NCBI GenBank assembly: GCA_964036045.1
Contig: OZ038378.1
Coordinates: forward strand, 199,888,001-199,952,000
DNA from: Eutreptiella sp. 'Long Island Sound 2002'
Taxonomy: Eukaryota; Protista; Euglenida
DNA length: 64,000 nucleotides
Direction of reading: 5' to 3'
Shown here: positions 34,843 through 46,306 of the stretch, piece by piece
Position numbering within the stretch: the first letter of the stretch is position 1
Layout of the letters: every line of letters begins with the position of its first letter
Position numbers and translations under genes: made by a program
The notes under the pieces: model-generated
Told to the model about the DNA's origin: nothing
The model's database searches: none
What the model saw: the letters and a program-made list of their open reading frames with translations, nothing else

Positions 34843-35822
34843 CTAAGGTGTGAGATGGCGATTTGGCGCAGTACATGTCTTTGCAGCTGAAAGTTTTCCC
34901 CTGTCTACATACATCATCATCCATACATCTCCGATGATGGTCCAAACATGGTCCACTCATTATGCATAGACTATCTGGAGCTAGTCCATGGGTTGTCCAG
35001 GGGTGATCCATAGATTATCCCTGGATTGTCCCTCAACTTCATGGTTATGCCAAAGTTGACCCTTAGACAATCTATGCACCAGCCATACATGGTACATGGA
35101 TCCTCCGTACATCAGCTACACCTTCCCCAAAGATCCACAAATCATCCTTGACGTCGCTGGTTCTTCCACAGTCCATCCACAGAGAACCAGTGGACCAAAA
35201 ATACATGGTACATGGATAACCCATACATCATGCACGGCTTGTCCATAGATGATCCATACACCAGTTGACTTCCAGAGGATGTCTCTGGGTGGTCCAAGGG
35301 TGATCCATGGATTGTCCATGGATCAAGCATCAACGTGATACTTCTTCCACAATTTATCCATACACCATCCATGGACCAAAAAGTTGCTGTTACCTTCTTG
35401 GGCCGCAGGTAAACGGCTTTTCCCACGGCGTCCTTGTCACCTCTTTTTCGTCGCTCTAATGCTCCATGTATGCCACGTTGATATGCCAAGTCTGTACCAT
35501 TTTCCACATGAAGCTGACAGTCTTGCCCAAGCCTCTACCAACAGATCTTGCCTTCCTTTTCGCATGTTTATGCACCATTTCTGTGCGGTTTCTGTGGGGT
35601 TTGGAGTCTAGGATTTCTGCTGACCACAGCGGGGCTGGCTCGGGATGGGACCCTTCCGGTGGTCTTGCATCCCGCAGTGTTCGCTTTCGGAAGCAACCCA
35701 ATTTGTCCCGTTCCCCCTGTGACAGTCGTTCACCTCTCTCCTGCAGCAACAATGTAGTGCCGTCGTGCAAGCATTCCCGTGGAGGCCTTTCAGAGGTGTC
35801 CTTGCTCCTCGCCGGTTGCTTC

Positions 35823-37664
35823 ATGAGAGGCTCACAGACGTACGTCAATACAGTCATTGCCCTGCTATGCTTCATCCTCATCCCCTGCCTGCCGATCGTG
35901 CCCCAATCTCCGAACCCTCGGAAACGAGGTGGAGGCACCGTCGAGACCGGCTCTCAAAGCGTACTGCACAGTTTGGTGCACGACATCGTCAACCCCCTGC
36001 ACGCCATAGCGCAGGAAGACGACGACAAGGAGAAGCGCCAGGCCAGAAGGCACTTCCACATCCACCTCGGGGGGGCGTTCGGGAGACGCGAATCGAATGC
36101 TCTCGGGACCACGGTGGCTCTGCACGGGGGACTGCACGACAGTACGGTGCTGCTGGCCACGGACTGCACAGTGTTGGTGGTCGGCACACTGGAGACGGTG
36201 ACGGGGGTGCCGAATTTCGGCATCAAAGACATCGGGGAGGCCTGGCCAGTGATGTGGCCAAGCCTAAAGCCGTTCCTGGGGGACAGGTCCACGATCACCA
36301 CCGTGATATTGGGCAAGGGGGACAACGTGGGTGACGACGTCATCCCTCGGAAGAGGACGTACCGTGTGGGGCACCACCTCGCGCACGCGACGTACGCCTT
36401 CTTCGACTCCCCCTTCCGTACGGCGTTGGTGCTGAGCGTGGACGGGGGGGGGGATGACCAGGCCTTCACCGTCTTCAACGCCTCGCGCCAGTCGGGCGAG
36501 GTGGCTCTCATGGCGGCGCCGTGCCCCTACCTCGGGATGGCTTGGACGCGGTTCACGCAACACCCCAACCTGACCGATTTGCCGTCCAGACTGACAAAGA
36601 GTCGAGGAGGGGGCTGGGCACGACCGAGCGTCGGGCTGATGGACTATTCGATGCTGGGGCGTGTGCGCAAAGAGTGGGTCGAAGTGATGACGCAGGTTGT
36701 GAGGCTCTGTCCATACCACGGCCCGAAGGCCAAAGAGGCCACCGCACGGCTGTACTCCCAAGTGTCCCTGACAAGTCAAGAAGACCACAGGGACTACGCC
36801 GCAACTGCGCAGGACGTGCTCCAGACCGCAGTCTTCGAGGAAGTAGACCACTTCAAGGCCTTCATAGATCAGGTGGATGGCATTGCATTCGCCGGGGGCG
36901 TGGCCCTGAACACCCTCCTGAATACCGAGCTCGCCAAAAGGTATCGGAAGCCCATCCACGTGCCTGCGTGCCCCGGGGACGATGGCTTGTCCGTGGGGAT
37001 GCTGTACAAGCAGGGCTGCACCAACCCGGAGCCGCTGCTGTACAACGGCTTCAACCTGAAGGACAAGGACAAGGTATTGGATTTTGTACTGGAGTGCGGG
37101 GGTAGGCACTTCCCCCGCGGCACCAGCGTCAAGAGCATGGCCGGACTTGTTGCCAAGGGCTCTGTGGTTGCAGTGTTGAGGGGCCGGCAGGGGACGGGCA
37201 GCGTTGTAGGACATCGCACAGTGTTTGCGTCCCCCACCGCAGAGAGCAAGCGCAAGATGTTCAGTTTGGTGAATGCCCAGTGGTACAGTCAAGTGCGTGT
37301 GCTGATCACATTTGAGGCAGCTGCTCTCTATTTTGCGGACCCCCAACGGTCCCCTTACATGTCGTTTACAATGCAGCTGAAGCCTGAGCACAGAGAGCGC
37401 TTCAAAGAGGTTGCAAATGCCGGGCATCGGTTGCTGGTGCAAACGGTTACGAAGGCCAGCGAGCCTTGGCTGTATGACGTGTTGCAAGCCCTCGATGGGC
37501 AGACGGGACTTCCGATGATGATGGCCGTGGGATTCATGCATAAGGAGGTCGCCATCAATTCCATCCGCGATGGTTTGAGGCAACTTCATGCGCAGCCCTT
37601 GTTGCAGGGTTTGTTTATCGAAGATTTCTTGTTTCAAAAGGATTCCCCATGCTCTTTGGATTGA
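35823..37664 (+). CDS. NodU/CmcH-family O-carbamoyltransferase homologue with N-terminal membrane anchor, 613 aa, intronless
   Basis: Kae1-like domain: LHGGLHDST, HHLAHATYAFFDSPF..ALVLSVDGGGD, AATAQ, AGGVALN..LN, PGDDGLSVG. YrdC-like domain: SPYM, QTV. The ATG at 35823 precedes the hydrophobic TVIALLCFILIPCLPIV; the ORF-track start at 35466 adds non-homologous sequence. Confidence 0.85.
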   Translation: MRGSQTYVNTVIALLCFILIPCLPIVPQSPNPRKRGGGTVETGSQSVLHSLVHDIVNPLHAIAQEDDDKEKRQARRHFHIHLGGAFGRRESNALGTTVALHGGLHDSTVLLATDCTVLVVGTLETVTGVPNFGIKDIGEAWPVMWPSLKPFLGDRSTITTVILGKGDNVGDDVIPRKRTYRVGHHLAHATYAFFDSPFRTALVLSVDGGGDDQAFTVFNASRQSGEVALMAAPCPYLGMAWTRFTQHPNLTDLPSRLTKSRGGGWARPSVGLMDYSMLGRVRKEWVEVMTQVVRLCPYHGPKAKEATARLYSQVSLTSQEDHRDYAATAQDVLQTAVFEEVDHFKAFIDQVDGIAFAGGVALNTLLNTELAKRYRKPIHVPACPGDDGLSVGMLYKQGCTNPEPLLYNGFNLKDKDKVLDFVLECGGRHFPRGTSVKSMAGLVAKGSVVAVLRGRQGTGSVVGHRTVFASPTAESKRKMFSLVNAQWYSQVRVLITFEAAALYFADPQRSPYMSFTMQLKPEHRERFKEVANAGHRLLVQTVTKASEPWLYDVLQALDGQTGLPMMMAVGFMHKEVAINSIRDGLRQLHAQPLLQGLFIEDFLFQKDSPCSLD

Positions 37665-40577
37665 GCAGATGGCAGTGGTGGGCAGTTTGGGATCCGATCC
37701 CATTTTTTCGATTGAAGTGACCCCACATTCAGTCCATGCCGAAGTATTTCGTGACCCTTATTCTACCCTAATACTTGCCCCAACTTGAAACAGGCAGGGG
37801 AAAAGAACGACACACGATGGGTTGACAGGGGAACCTGCAAGGAGTGACCAGTCCGCCCCAGAATGCCTCCCACGATGCCCTGTGCAACATATTGGCATAG
37901 TTGTTTTGGGTGGACATCTGCCCGCTCTGGTATTTTCAATCCTAAAATCGGCGTTTTTACAATCCTAAATGCACTTGGTTACTACATTCTGTGTTGGAAT
38001 CACATCTTTTTATGCACTGTATCCCATAGTGCATGGACCAAAGGCTATTTTGCCCCTTCTAAAGTGCTTGGCGCACGACAGGCGACCCACTGGTTGGGTA
38101 TTTGGGGTCTCGGCAGTATTGTTATTGGCTTCGAATGGTGGTGATTTTGGGGGCAAGGGCAGCGTTTGGGTCATGGTATATCCATTTTGATGCGCGTACA
38201 GTCTGTTGCTGCGCAGGGGGCCCGGGGGTCATTTTGGCGGCGTTGGAGAGAGGGAGCAACATAGAGGCTGGGGAAGTACCATCCAAAAGTCGCATGTAGT
38301 GTGTGTGCACAGTGCAAGGATTCCCCCAAAGTTGCGCAGCAATGTAGATGTAGATGTAGATGTACAGAGTTGAAGAGGGATGCGAGGGTTGTGGATGGAG
38401 ACGGCTTCTGGAGCCCCCCCGCCAAAAAAACAAAAACAAAAGGGGACAAAAAACCCAGCAAGACACCAACACGGGCAAAAAAAAAACGCGATGGGGGGGC
38501 CACCTCCCTGCCTCCCCAAATACAGTCCCCCCCCCCCACCCTTTACAGACAGATTTAGAATTTTGGACACCTGTGCCATGCTCCGAGCCTCTGGATTGGG
38601 CCGACCCCACCCAGCATCAGATGTCTCAGGTGTCTTACCTTATGCATCTGGGACACCCCCTGCCTGCCCGTTTTGACCAACAGGCTGGCTTCAGGCTCAT
38701 AGCTGATGGACTCTCCTCCCAGCTCGCTGACCCAGTACAGACATTGAACCGTGTTCTGTTAGTCAATAATGTTTCCCCCTAACAGCCATGCAGCTGCAAG
38801 ACCTGTCCCGAAGAATTGAACGCTTTGGATTTGCTGTGTGTGGCTTTTCTGGCTGTTCTGTTTCTCTTTTGGTATTTTTTGCTTCCTCTTTCTGCAATCT
38901 CAGATCTGTGCACCCAATCATTCATTGTCTCCGACTTCTTGAATGACAATCATATGGAATAGGCCGATGCCATCTAGGTTGGTTTCAATGCAAATGGACC
39001 CCTCCATGGACATCCTGGGCACCCAAACTGCCCCCCAAAAGGGCATTTTTGGGCCATTTTTGACAGAATTTGGGGGCACCTTAAGCGCAGTGCGCGTACA
39101 GTGCGCACGCGCAGTGCAACTATTTGGGCGTCTGGCCGTAGTAGACCCCCCCACACCCAAATGGGGTAAAAAACACACCAAGAGGGTCTAAAACATGTTT
39201 TTCATAGGATCATTGTAAGTGGTCACAATATCCAAAAAATGTTTTGCAAAATTTTCCATTTTTGACCTGTAGAGGGTGGAAAACTGCTTTAGCAGTTCGT
39301 GCACCCACCAAATGCCATTGGACCACCTACAAACAGCAATTTTGAAGCTTTTGGGGGGGCCATGGCTCGGGCTACATGGGCCCAGTGGCCACTACGTGGG
39401 TCCCCATGGGTGCTCAAGTACCCGTATTGTCACCAAATGATCATCCAAACCCATCCTACGGGCAACAAAAGGGTTTCGGGAAAAAATGAAACGTGAAAAA
39501 CTTTTCAACACACCTCGGGCAGCCTTAGCCCAAACAAGTTTAGTGGGAGCATCATCGGAGTCACTGGAATCATCACTTGAAGAAGAGGACTCAGAAATGG
39601 GGTGGGTTCAAGTGGGGAAACACTCACAACAAATGTGCCCATGACTCTATGTGACTGGCAAATTCGTGAAACCCATGTTGTATGTGGCTGCACTACGTTT
39701 CGTACCGAATTAAAATTTGGTACCAAATTAATACGGTCCCTACGCCTACTGTAGCTTGGACAATTACGTAGCTTATATAAGGGGGGGGGGTACCAGGTTT
39801 GGCAAGCAAGCAGCAAGCAAGCACATGCGAAAGGGGCAAAAAGCAGAATGTTGTCGTCAATCATACAAAATATAAGCAAGAAACTCAACGGTGTCGGCTA
39901 GGAACAAGTGTCGGAAGTGGCAGACCTAGGTTTTGAAGGGGGAATCCTTGCATTGCGCGCACATTGCGCGCTAAACCCCCCCCTATCATTATCACGCACC
40001 GAAATAATATCACACATGCATGATAATGTTTTATACATCCAAAATAATATCACGCATGCAATTCTTGACGTCAGAGGTAGCAACACAAAAGGCGGAAACC
40101 AGGATTTCTTGCAACACCATTGCTACTTGGTCCAGTTATTTGGAGAGAAATGCGGACATTGACAGCTGCCTTGAAACTGGTTTAGGGTTGGGCTTGGGCT
40201 TGGGTTGGCCAGCAACTTGGCGGTCTGGCGTTGCTAAGCAAAAAGCGCAGCAGCGTTCTAGCGACGTTCTAGGCAACTGTTCTAGCAACGTTCTAGTGAC
40301 GTTCTAGCGACCGATCGTGCTGCCTAGGTCAACACTAGAACCATTCCCTAGAGCATCGATAGAACGCACAACAAAATACTTGTTCCATGATCTGCTCGAT
40401 CAAATCTTGCCAGGTTTCTATAAATCTGGGTTCAAAGGAATTTAACGGTATACGAATGACGCTTTTGAGTCGCATTTAACCCTATCCTTGCTCTCATCCC
40501 TTCCTCTCCTGCTTCTCAAGTGAATCAATGAGAAAAAGACGACATGGATTCGTGACTGTCAGCAAGATACCTGATTC

Positions 40578-40799
40578 GTGACGGAGTCAGACGTGAGGGA
40601 TCGAGGATTCTACAGTTCTCTCCCTATACTCTATTGCAGGAACTCCCTGCTACACGTTGATCTCGTCGCCCAGAAGAAGTTCGGCAGCTACAACAACATT
40701 TTGGTGGCAACCCCCTCCTTGCCCCGATATGCTCAGGTCTACCCCTTCAACATCAAGTGCACCAGCGAGGACGTTGTCAAGACGCTCGTGGAGACCTAA
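40578..40799 (+). pseudogene. Second, diverged gypsy integrase N-terminal fragment
   Basis: LPILYCRNSLLHVDLV...FGSYNNILV....LPRYAQVYPFNIKCTSEDVVKTLVE aligns with IPYCANSLLYVDFI...FGGYESCLV....LSRFTRVFPCNKKITGEQTVKMFVE at 5.9 kb. Confidence 0.7.
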
Positions 40800-41105
40800 G
40801 TGGAGGAGTCCATCTTCAGCCGTCCCAACCACCGTGGCAAGAGGTCGCAGGCCATTGGAGCGGGTGTAGAACACCCTATCCCCAATATTGAGATCCATGG
40901 AGAAAATGGGCCTGAGAAATGAGGAGGGAAGTATGATGTCCTGTAGCAGGCACCATCAAAGTGTATGACCATATCAATCAACCGAGAAAAAGAGTAGATG
41001 TAGTGGAAATGGGTAAAAAATGTGTGCAAAAAAGTAGAAATGGGTGAACAGGGTGAACATCCAAAAATGCCAGATTCCCACCACAAAATATTGGTTCGGG
41101 GGGTA

Positions 41106-42635
41106 GGTCCACCCTAGACACTAAAGAGGGTCATAAAACCAAGATTGGTTCCACCAGCCCGGGGACCCTATCCCTAACCCTAATCAAGGCTGAATATTGG
41201 GACCGAGCTGGTGGGGGAGGGAATATTAGCTACGGGGCTGAGTAAGGATTCATGTCGAGGGACACAAAGAACGATTCCCGCCACTTCTCCCCTTATACCG
41301 CCCTCAAAACCCTTCCTCGCTCGTTGGAGAGACACGCCCTCCGGAATCCCCCCCCCCCCCCCGCATTCCTCCTCGACCCCCCTTGGCTGCACCGCCAGTC
41401 CCAAAATTGTCCATTTCAAGGCTTTTTTTGAGCTTGCATGGGCTCATGTGGGTCCAAGATGGCTCAATATAGCCAAACCACTTGTTTAAGCTCCCCAAGT
41501 GGTCCAGGAACAATTTTGGAAAAAATCATTGTTGACCACTTTTGGAGTCATCAGTGACCCCGTAACCCCTCCCCAAGCATGTGCACTCTGCATGCCGCAC
41601 CACTCCAATGGGGCATTGAATGGTGTTGACTGCGCGGAAATAGCTTGCAAGTGATCTCCTTCATCATTATTTCTCACCACAAGGATGCCTAACGCAATCC
41701 ATGGCATTCAAACACAGTACATTCCCCCCGGACTCCCTTGTACGCACCATCGGCCCTAAAATTGCCCATTTCAAGCTTTTTGAGGAATTTGGATGGGCTA
41801 ATATGGGTCAAATATGGCTCAAGATAGCCTTCAACCTCTTGTTTGAGCACCCCAAGTGGTCTCGGAACAATTTTGGAAAAAACAATTTTTGAACACTTTT
41901 GGACCCACAGGTGACCCCCGTAACCCTACCCTAGCACGTGCACTCCTTGGGTTGGTGGTGCCAATAGGGCATTGTAGGGTGTTGACGGCATGGAATTACG
42001 TTGCAAGTGATCCCGTTCATCATGATTTATCACCACAGGGTTGCCCAACACAATCCATGGCTATGAAACCCAGCACAAGAAGGTGGACCTTGAAAAAGTA
42101 TGCAAAAAGGGTCCTTTGCGAGGGTGATTTTCCCGTTATTTTGTCCCCCCAAAACGATTGTTCGGGCCGCTAAATGGGTGCCAAACCCAGTAGATGGTGA
42201 TCAATGGTGTTTGTTCATCATCTAGGTTGGTTCCAATGCAAATGGATGCCTCCATGGACATCCTTGGCATCCAATCTGCCCCCCCCCCCCCCCAAAGGAA
42301 TTTTTTTGGCTATTTTTGACAGATTTTGGAACCTTGGTCTGCCACCTGCGACACCCGTTCCCACCCGCCACGGTTGAGTCTCTTGCCCAAACTTTCCGTG
42401 ATTGTCCCTCACACCCATAGGTATCATCCACCAAAATTTCACCAAAATCCCAAGCACCACGACGGAGTTCTGATTTTGGTCCATTTCGCGCTTGCTTGCA
42501 GCTTGCTTGCTACTGCTGCTTGCTAAACTTGGTAGGACCACCCTAGACACTAAAGAGGGTTATAAAACCAAGATTGGTTCCAACAGCTCAGTGACCCTAA
42601 CCAAGATTGAATATTGGGACCGAGCTGGTGGGGGA
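41106..42635. repeat. Dispersed repeat family fragments (41106-41218 resembles 42535-42635; 38961-39040 resembles 42218-42300; internal ~165-bp duplication within 42720-43000)
   Basis: Shared strings CCACCCTAGACACTAAAGAGGG..AACCAAGATTGGTTCC..GAATATTGGGACCGAGCTGGTGGGG and CATCTAGGTTGGTT.CAATGCAAATGGA..CCTCCATGGACATCC. Confidence 0.7.
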
Positions 42636-43791
42636 AGGAGCATCGTCAAGGAGACTTCAACGACAAATGAGGTACGCCCTGAAGAGTGGATGAGAGCGGA
42701 GAGATGAAAATGGGCTGTTTTAGGACCAAAAATTAGTCAAAAATGGATCAAAAATGTGTTTTTCCAAAGATACTTTTGGATTATTTGGGGTACACAAACA
42801 AGTGGAATGAGCCCATTTTGAGTCCATTGCAAGCCATTTTGGCCCCTCCAAAGTCACAAAATGCCTTGAAAATGGGCTGTTTTGGGACCGACAATCAGTC
42901 AAAACTGGATCAAAAATGTGTTTTTCCAAAGATACTTTTGGATTATTTGGGGTGCACAAGCAAGTGGAATGAGCCCATTTTGAGCCCATGTTGAGCAATT
43001 TTGGCCCCTCTGAAGGCCGAAAGGGCCTTGAAAATGGGCCAATTTGGGACCACAAATGGCTCAAAAAGGGGTCAAAACCATGGTTTTCCAAAAATGATTC
43101 TAGTCCGGTTCTAGTGCCCAAACGGATGAATACAGGTCATTTGGAGCCGCTCTCATCCACTCTTCAGTGCGTACCTCATTTGTCGTTGAAGTCTCCTAGA
43201 CGATGTTCCTTCCCCCACCAGCTCAGTCCCAATATTCAATCCTGGTTTTGGTTTGGGGCCGTTGGCGCCCAATGTGCACAAATTCTGCGCCTTTTGGGGG
43301 CCTTTTGGGGGCGGTTCGCGGACATATTGTGGAGTTAGAGGGCCCTAGAGGACCCTTGAGCACGGGGAAGTCTAGCTGCATGTGTAGAGTAGCCACTATT
43401 TCCCTTCATTTGGCCCCTTCATTTGGCCGTTTTCAGCAGGTTCTAGGGCAGTTTTGGACAAAAAAAGGCTGATTTTGGCCCTAAATTGCAGATTTTCAAA
43501 TGGATGTCCGGCACTTGCGACGCCCGTTCCCGGCCGCCACTGTTGAGTTTCTGGCTCATACTTTGTGTGCTTGTCCCTCACATCCATAGGTAGCATCCAC
43601 CAAAATTTTGGCCGAATCCGAAGGACCACGACGGAGCTGTGATTTCACGTGCTCCTTCGATGAGTGATATAGCCGGCTCGTCTTTGACTGGCGGATGGAC
43701 AGCCGATGTACATAATGTTGGTGAGTGTTCGTATTCATCGTGGTCTCAATTTCATTGGACTGAATGGAGGTTGTGGGTGGCGGCCATCGCC

Positions 43792-43849
<58 letters not shown>

Positions 43850-43941
43850 AGGATCCCCGGCTCACTCAACCAGGCTAAGCGTAGGTAGTGTGAAAACCCC
43901 AATACACACACAACACATGGGGCGACATGGCAATGACGGGC

Positions 43942-44785
43942 CAAGCCGATTAAAAGTGGGGGTAGGGCCGGGGGCCAAATCCAATTTACGCGGTAAATTA
44001 CGTAAATTTTTGTAAATTGCGCAAAAAGTGGCGTAAATTTCTGTAAATTTTTGTAAATTCGGTGTAAATTCGGGAACCCATGTCTTTTGCATGCTACTAG
44101 ATGTTGGGAAATATCATAAACACCCCCCCACATTGCCCACATGTGATGTATATTTTTGTTTTTACCATGTTTGTACCATGTTGCTGCTGCCTACTTGGTA
44201 CATTGCAGCATGAACTACTACTGAGCGCCAGATTTCGCAAGACGAGGCGCTATACAAATGTCGTTTGTTGCGAGGTGCTTTCAGCGCGGATTAGCAAGAC
44301 GGGGCGCTGTACAAATGGTTTGTTGCTACCTGAAGATCTTGCATTCGGAGCAGTATTTTTTTGTCCTTGTGACAGCACAATTTTTGGACCACAACCTGGG
44401 TCCATGGTACATTTCCCAGCCCACGATACCCCCTCCACCCCCGGCAGTGCTTGGGCAAACCCACCTAAAAAAAAAACCCAGCCTGCCGGTCTATATAAGT
44501 ATGTACACACAAACAATTTTTTAGTCCAAACACGAAACCAATCATACAAACGGTGGGAAAACGCCACTTGGGGTCACAAGGCCCAAGCAACCAATGTTCA
44601 AAACACCATATTACAGTGTTTTGAGTTTTTGTAATTGGTTGAGCTGTTGAGTGACACCGTCCGTTTTTTAAATTTACACTATTTTTACAGAAATTTACGC
44701 CACTTTTGGGAAAATTTACAACAATTTACACCATGTGGGGGCCGGGGGCCAAAACCACTGTAAACCCCCGTAAATAATCGGCTTG
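43942..44785. mobile_element. 844-bp non-autonomous hAT-like element
   Basis: 11-bp TIRs CAAGCCGATTA / TAATCGGCTTG, 8-bp TSD TGACGGGC (43934-41, 44786-93), and subterminal GTAAATT / AATTTAC repeats. Confidence 0.85.
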
Positions 44786-45040
44786 TGACGGGCTCATTGA
44801 ACTATTACCGTGGAGCTGGCCCGGCGGAAGCCACGGAGCTACCACCCCACTTCCAGGGTGGTCCTGGGGCAGCGAGCCACGTTCGGGCCTCAGTGCATAT
44901 CGCATTGGTCGAGGGGCAATGCAGGGATGTACCCCTGGCCTGCACCGAAGGCCTACTATAATGGGGAGCGACCCGACCCGAGGACGCTAGTGTGGCCATA
45001 CAGGTCCAACCAGGAAGATCTGGTAAAAACGGTACTACCC

Positions 45041-45071
<31 letters not shown>

Positions 45072-46003
45072 TTTGTAAACCACCTCCACCCACAAAACAA
45101 GCCGGACCACAAACTGACAATGAATTTGTGCAGCAACGATCCCGGCTTGAGGGCCTGAGGGGGGTCTTGGACCCTCGTGATATGGCCACATTCGCCGTGG
45201 ACCCGCCTGTGCTGCTCTGTGAGTGCCAAAATAGCCCATGCGATTGACACAATTGGCGTTTTGCATGCACTGTTGCAGGTACAGTTTTGTGGTGCCAGCC
45301 CCCCCCCCCGCGCATGTCACATCATGATCCCCCCCCCTCCGCCCCGCACGGACCATCGCAACAAAGGGCAGGAGAGGGGTATGGGCACTTAATGGGCACC
45401 TACAGGTCGCCTGATGGGCACCCAATGAACGCCTTGTGGGCACATAGTGGGTGCCTGATATGCGCATATTTGGCAAGAGGGTGCATAGGGGGAGGGTTAG
45501 CGCCGGGTGTGCGCTGGGCATCTTTTTTGACCCGTGCCCCACCGGTGACGTTTTAGGGGGTGCACTAAGCGCAGTGCGCTCGTAGTGCAACTATTTGGAC
45601 GTCTAGCCGTCCTAGAACCCCATACTTTGTGATACCATGGGCATTATTGTAAAGGGTAAAAAAATGTGCGTTCACCCCATGTGTCTATACTCAGTATACT
45701 CGGAATTTGTAGGAGAATTCAAAAATGGGCAAAACTTGGCACTTTTCAGGTAGCACAAAATTAGTATCCCATCTCTGACCACCAATTGTCAGAGATGGCC
45801 ACTACCCTACTTGGTGGCGCACTGCACTTGCAACTTGAGAGTTCTGGGTTTAATTCTTGGTTCTGACAGCATTGGGCCACAAGGTGATAAGGGTGGTATG
45901 GGGCTGGCAATGTTTCTTTCTTTTTTTTTTTTTTGCCAATGCCTCATCAAGAATCTTCTTTTCCAAGGCAGGGGTTATGTAGCCACTTTTGAATGCTACA
46001 TTT

Positions 46004-46306
46004 TCAAGTCAGGCCGGCTGACGACGCCGCCACCCACCCTGGGCGCCCCCCGGGGTCAGAGGTGCAGCCTGTGAGGGGCAGACGCACCACTGCCTCACCA
46101 AGTGTGCTCCCACCAGCTGAAGCCCCCTCTGGGCCAGGTAGTCTTCATCTACCGGCTGGAGCCCCTTCTGGGCGTCTCGGTTCCGTCTGAACCTGCAGCG
46201 ACTCTCCGTGTTCCGTGTGCGTGTGTTCGGCCAGACGTCTTGCCGTCGGACGCATTTCGCGGGCTGACGGACGGTGGTAGCTGGCACTACGTGACCTGAC
46301 CTGACC
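46004..46306 (+). mobile_element. 303-bp retroposed insertion with (TGACC)3 tail
   Basis: 14-bp TSD TGAATGCTACATTT at 45990-46003 and 46307-46320; the short tandem-repeat tail is typical of LINE/SINE 3' ends. Confidence 0.75.

Noticed and set aside
35466-35822. ORF-track N-terminal 119 aa of the 732-aa ORF
   Set aside because: No homology to the enzyme family and reads as non-coding; the ATG at 35823 just before the hydrophobic segment is the more plausible start.
36264-37703. 479-aa ORF antisense to the carbamoyltransferase
   Set aside because: Shadow frame of a GC-rich coding sequence; no recognisable motifs.
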